Source: Chrysomallon squamiferum (Eukaryota; Animalia; Mollusca). Taken from it: a stretch of DNA of 64,000 nucleotides. Location of the stretch: assembly GCA_012295275.1 (NCBI GenBank), contig CM022665.1, forward strand, positions 37,510,001-37,574,000. Direction: 5' to 3'. Position numbers and translations under genes: made by a program. Positions within the stretch are counted from its first letter, which is position 1. Every line of letters starts with the position of its first letter. This document shows, one piece after another, positions 58,701 to 64,000 of this stretch. The notes beneath the pieces are model-generated. The model searched no databases. It saw only the letters and a list, made by a program, of their open reading frames with translations, and had not been told where the DNA came from.

Positions 58701-59346
58701 GTTAAAGATATCAAAATATCAGTTGCATCCGAAAAACATTAACAAGCTGTCATTTGTAATTTCTAGATTTGACTACTGCAAACTACTACATCTCAGCTCC
58801 ATCGACTGCAGAGGATACGAAAACTATTAAAAAAAAAAAAAAAAAAAAAAATGGCCGCTAGAACAATACCATTCAGATGTATGTTTGACCAGATCACACG
58901 GTGTTTCGTGAATGTCACTGGTTTCAGTTTCAAATGATGTGCCTTATTTTCAAGTATCTGTCTGGATATATCTCAACGTACCCTCGTGATGACCAAGATC
59001 CAAAACCAAACGCCAACTCACAAGTCTTAATAATTCACTATGGACAAAGACATTTTTTTTATTATCTTCGGCCACCGTATGGAATGATCTTCCATAACAC
59101 TTAATGTCTTCTACCGCATTGATTTGGACTGAAAACCTATCTGTTCGGTAAGGTAATTAAGATTTTTACAAAGACACTTTACAAACAAAAACATAAATTA
59201 TATATATAATTTTTATAAAACATTTCTTTATTATTATCTTTAAAATGTATTTATTACTTTCTTTTTAAACTAATTATTTATTTCTTCATCTATCCATATG
59301 TGTGTCCGTCTGTATGTCTTTCTTTCTACCGCTTTAAGAATTTGAT

Positions 59347-60309
59347 TCAGCCAAACATAGAAGAAATCAACACGAGTAGCAGTCTAACTATCAGATCACC
59401 CAGTAACGGTTTGTAATGTTTAATCATTTCGAAAGTTGGTGATCTTAATAACCATGAATCTTGCATCAGCTTCTTCCATTCCTTCATTTTGAAAATCTTA
59501 ACATTTTCATGTTCTGAAATTATTATTCTACCATCTTCTAGTACACAAACATCAGATGGTTTAGAAATAGTGCATGTGTTTGGATAAATAAGAGTCATGA
59601 GACGTTTTTCTAGATTAATCATCGAAACGTAATTTTGCGTTTGGTTCACAAAAAACACCAGTTTTTCCGAAACGGAGATGCCTCTTAATTTGGGATAGCC
59701 TAAATGGACCCGGTATTCAACGTATCCCTCGGGATCGAAGACAGTAATACAGAGTTTATTGGAGTCAGCGATTACTACTTTACCGCTTTTTGTGACCCTT
59801 ATATGATAAGGATTATGACATGTAATCTCAGACGTCATTAAACGGATGGTCTTGCAATCTTGATTTAGTATATTCACCTTTTCCTTGGTACCAGCAACCA
59901 GGTTTTTGTTTGGAAGCATAGCTATTCCGAAATAACGAGGATACGTCTTAATGGTTCTCAGGAGATGAACTTTTTTGTCCCGTAATTCAAAAAACGAAAT
60001 GTTTCTTTCTCCAATACCTGGAACCAAAAAACTGTTGTCACCCGTTGCCGTTATTCCGAATACTCTTCCCAAATGATTTGTGCTGTCCAGATATTTCCCG
60101 TCCATTGTAAAAGCTTTCGCGACAGCATTTACTATATCGGTGACGATTATGGCGCCGCATTTCAGAACAATCATTTGTTCAATCTGACCATCCCTTTCAT
60201 CATGCTCGGTGGCAATGGAGAATTCTGAGAGAAATGTCATATCAGAACAGTCCCTTTTCATAGGCGACATAAAGTCGTTTATGTATGTCCAACTTTTCCT
60301 TTCCCCCAT
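59347..60309 (-). CDS. NHL-repeat/beta-propeller protein, copy 2 (5' frameshift relative to copy 1)
   Basis: 320-aa ORF differing from copy 1 at about 21 residues. A 2-bp shorter G run (C5 at 60303-60307 vs C7) uncouples the upstream exon 61426-61513 and puts ATG GGG GAA in frame. Confidence 0.7.
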   Translation of the reverse strand: MGERKSWTYINDFMSPMKRDCSDMTFLSEFSIATEHDERDGQIEQMIVLKCGAIIVTDIVNAVAKAFTMDGKYLDSTNHLGRVFGITATGDNSFLVPGIGERNISFFELRDKKVHLLRTIKTYPRYFGIAMLPNKNLVAGTKEKVNILNQDCKTIRLMTSEITCHNPYHIRVTKSGKVVIADSNKLCITVFDPEGYVEYRVHLGYPKLRGISVSEKLVFFVNQTQNYVSMINLEKRLMTLIYPNTCTISKPSDVCVLEDGRIIISEHENVKIFKMKEWKKLMQDSWLLRSPTFEMIKHYKPLLGDLIVRLLLVLISSMFG

Positions 60310-61044
60310 GCAAAACGATTACTAAAACAAAACTGAAACGAGGAAACTGCCAGCAAAAATGTCCGATCACATGACTGTTGTGTACATTATTATTGATAAT
60401 TTTATCTGGAGTTATTCCCCTTATTACACTGAAACGAAAAATGTCGAAGTAGTGTCTTCGGACCAGAGAAGTAACAATTAAATGGTTTGGTTCATGATGA
60501 TATATGCTGTTCTGCCCTAATGTTATTGTCGTCGTTGTTTTCTTCTCTTTATTCCACCCAGTTATTGAAGAAGTACATAATATACTACAAGTTTATCAGA
60601 TAATACTGAGATAAAAATAAAAATTTCTTTTCGAATGTTGTAACGGTCCCCGTTACTCTAAAATTACTCAGTCTTAATAGTTTCATGGTCCGGCGTAAAT
60701 ATATGGTATTTACTGTATTTAATTCAATATGTTTATCACCGAAAGTAAAAATAAAGATGTTTTTAAAAATAATATGCAAATTAGACATAAGTATATAACA
60801 TTAAGCAAACAATCCATTTATTTTATTTTATTTTATTTTTATATATTTTCTTGGGTTATTATTATTATTTCTTGGAATATGGCTTTATGAGTCAGTGCGA
60901 GTAAATAAACATTTTATATTTCCAGTTTCAAAAACTTAATTCCAACCTTCAGACGCCTTTGAGATGCTATAGATGCTGATATTATTCTATTTTCATAACG
61001 TAATTGTGTACAAACATAGACGCAACCACTACAACAACAGCAAT

Positions 61045-61083
<39 letters not shown>

Positions 61084-62456
61084 TTATTAATAAATAAATA
61101 AAGTGTTTGTTTAATGTTATATATAAGATATTTTATAATTTTCAAAGGTTTCGCCTGAAATGCATGTTGATGACTATGACAACGAAAATTTCAATTCATT
61201 CAAGCTGGCAGATGAGGACCCTACTTTGAACCGGTCCATCTGAAAAAGAAAAAGAGGATTATGACGAAGAGTTTATAAAAACGTTAGAAAAGTAAAGCCA
61301 CGTAAAACAAAAAACTTGTTTATCGTCCACCCATTTCAGTTTTTACAGGTCGGGATGAAGGTTTTTATTTTTATTTTTTTATTTGTATACTGCATTTCAT
61401 CTTCGGTATTTATTACAAAACTCACACAAGGGGATAACGACGGCATGCGTCCATCCAAACCGATCTTTAAGTGGCAGCCTTCCTTTGGCATGAAGCATGT
61501 CGCCATTTTCCATCTACTTATAGACGTCACAAAAGATAGATGAACATTCTATTCTATAGCCTGACAATTCCTGATAATGGTTAAACAGTTTTAATAGTTT
61601 TAACACTTTACTTGAAAAATAATGAATAAAAATATTTAATAAAGGAGGGCAGGAGTATTTATCAGGTCTGACGGGCATGCTAAACAAGTATTTTTTTTTA
61701 TATTTATTTTATTTTATTATTATTAGGTTGTTTTTTGTGGGGTTTTTTTTTTTTTTTGTAATCTGGCCTAAATTACAGTTTCAAATTATTAAACAATTTA
61801 AAGACTTCATTTTAATTCTTTGTTTTAAATTATTATCTAAATATGTTTGGCTATAATTATGTATTTAGGATTCTTCCAGTGTATTTATTCATTAATAAAA
61901 GTTAAGTCTTACCAGAAGAAAATGAAAATCACAGAAAGGGACTAAACATCTTTCCATATAATAATGATAATAAGAAGAAGAAGACGAAATCTTAGTTTTA
62001 CCTTTTATATTAATATTTCTTGCAATATATATTTACACTTATTCTTGTTGTATTCATACATTAAATAAAAGTTAAATATTACAAGAAAACGATGAAAGCC
62101 TTATTAATTTCTTAAAATAAAATGAACTGTGCATTCGATGTATTATATTTTCCTGGTAAATGTAAAGTTTGTTTTCATTATTTCAAATCATCTAATTATT
62201 TTAATTATGACATTATCAATCTGAAAAGACAACTCTTTAATACTTATTTATTTGTTTGTTTTTGTTTGTTTGTTTTGTTTTTTGTCTTTATCAACTGTGT
62301 TTTTTGTTTCTGTAATTATTAGTTTGGTTTTTGTTTCCTTTTCTTTTCTTTCGGTGGCTTCTGAATTTATAAAGATACAGTCCTGCAACTTTTGTGTGTG
62401 TAATACAGGCAACATAACAGTATAATGAAAGGCATGTATTTTGTAGTTCATAGAAC

Positions 62457-62505
<49 letters not shown>

Positions 62506-64000
62506 AGATTACCGTGATACATAAACCACAATTAATTTTCAGAATATTCAAGGCATGATAATTTATCCAGTGTCATGGTACGTGATAGAGTGCAGAGTCC
62601 CAATGTGGGATAAATAACTAGGTTATTAATGTACTGGTAACTTTTCATCATTAGCTCTTCTAAGTGAGTAATTCTTAAAAACAATATTTAAAAATGTTCC
62701 ATTTGTTAGATGGGCCCATGCTGTATGTAAATTTAAAAAAAGTATTAACATATTAATATTATATAATAGCTGAATATGAATTTTTAAAAGAAAACAAAAA
62801 AAATGTTTTCTGCTGGGGCTTCTGTCTTTAAAGTTAATATGAATATTACAATTATTTTGAGATACGGCTAGATCATTCTGAGCAGCATGTATGCAGGCAT
62901 TTTTCAACAATTGAAAAAGAAGTATAAATTATCCATATGCAAAAAAAAAAAAAAAAAAAAAAATCAAAAAACATTTAAAGAAAATGAAATATGCTCAATT
63001 TACGAGTGGGATAAAGGGAAACATTTTGTAAATAAACTGTCAGCAGTGAATTAATCTCAGGTTTAGCCACCCACACCATCAAATCACACCAACAAGAACA
63101 CAGTTGCAGATCAAACACATTGATGTTTATTGTTATCTATTTTTAACACAGATGTACCAACTACCTCTGAATTAAGTAATATCCCCTGATGTACAGTCTA
63201 TGTGTATTAGAGTAAATATGCAGAACCAGTTATAGAGCTGATGTCATGCAGTGTACAAACAAAGACAAAATTTAAATTCAGATCTCTGTCAGTAATCATG
63301 TTAAGACATGCTTAATCTATCAGAAATTCAAAACAGACACCTGTAACATACATTGGAGATGCTAACAAATGTTTTGGAGTAACTTATAGCATAGTTATTT
63401 TATGTGTGCATTCAGAAATTATCCTTTAACCATATTATAAATTAAATGTAAGAATTAATGCTGTAAAGGTTTTTTGTTGTTGTTTTGGTTTTATTAAATT
63501 GGTTATAAAATATTTATATAAATATGCTTTAAAAAAAACACAAAAAAAAAAAACACAGACTGGTATGTATATTATCACCTAAATAATATCCAAAACATAT
63601 ATATATAATCACACACATTTCATTCTTTAAATTACTTTTCTATAAACCATTTCATGCCAGACTTTTTATTAATTTTTAAAATTATTTTATCATTACATTT
63701 TTAATCAGAATTTTTAATTTTTTTTTTTTAATTTCAAAAATGAAATATTACATCTAAAACTTGTTTCAAAACATTTATTTTATACTGTGATCTTTAACCA
63801 AATTTCTTTTTGTCAACCATTTTTATGTATGACCAACTGTTACACTAATACTTTATATTTTACTATTTTAACCCTCTAATTTGATATATGATCTCAGCTG
63901 AATGCTATTTTCTGTGACATTAACTTGAATCAGTTAAACTAGGCTTCATCTAAAAGGACATGTTGATTTTGAATAGCCAAAACGTTTCACTTGGCTGAAT

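Larger units (their letters stand above)
51935..64000 (+). repeat. ~6.77-kb direct tandem duplication (unit 1 ~51935-58700; unit 2 58701 to beyond the window end)
   Basis: Offset 6767 bp between ORF stops (52580 vs 59347). Near-identical non-coding sequence. Junction at GTTAAAGATAT. Confidence 0.95.

Overview
AT-rich, microsatellite-rich, intron-containing animal DNA (invertebrate; lophotrochozoan-like is only a guess). From left to right: (1) a minus-strand tandem cluster of three intact mARC/MOSC molybdoenzyme genes plus a degenerate exon-1 relic; (2) a plus-strand KY/hillarin-like transglutaminase-fold peptidase gene (19238-29680) with an MGxxCS N-terminus. Its first coding intron holds a fold-back (inverted-LTR) Gypsy remnant, followed by six tandem phase-0 copies of one exon; (3) a complete 16-exon PPP4R3/SMEK gene on the minus strand (50044-32690); (4) a ~6.77-kb tandem duplication. 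Each unit carries an NHL/beta-propeller gene and a copy of part of PPP4R3 intron 4 that lacks two DNA transposons present in the intron. Most short ORFs in the track are microsatellite or antisense artefacts. All exon models and difference counts were made by eye and need RNA-seq or alignment confirmation.
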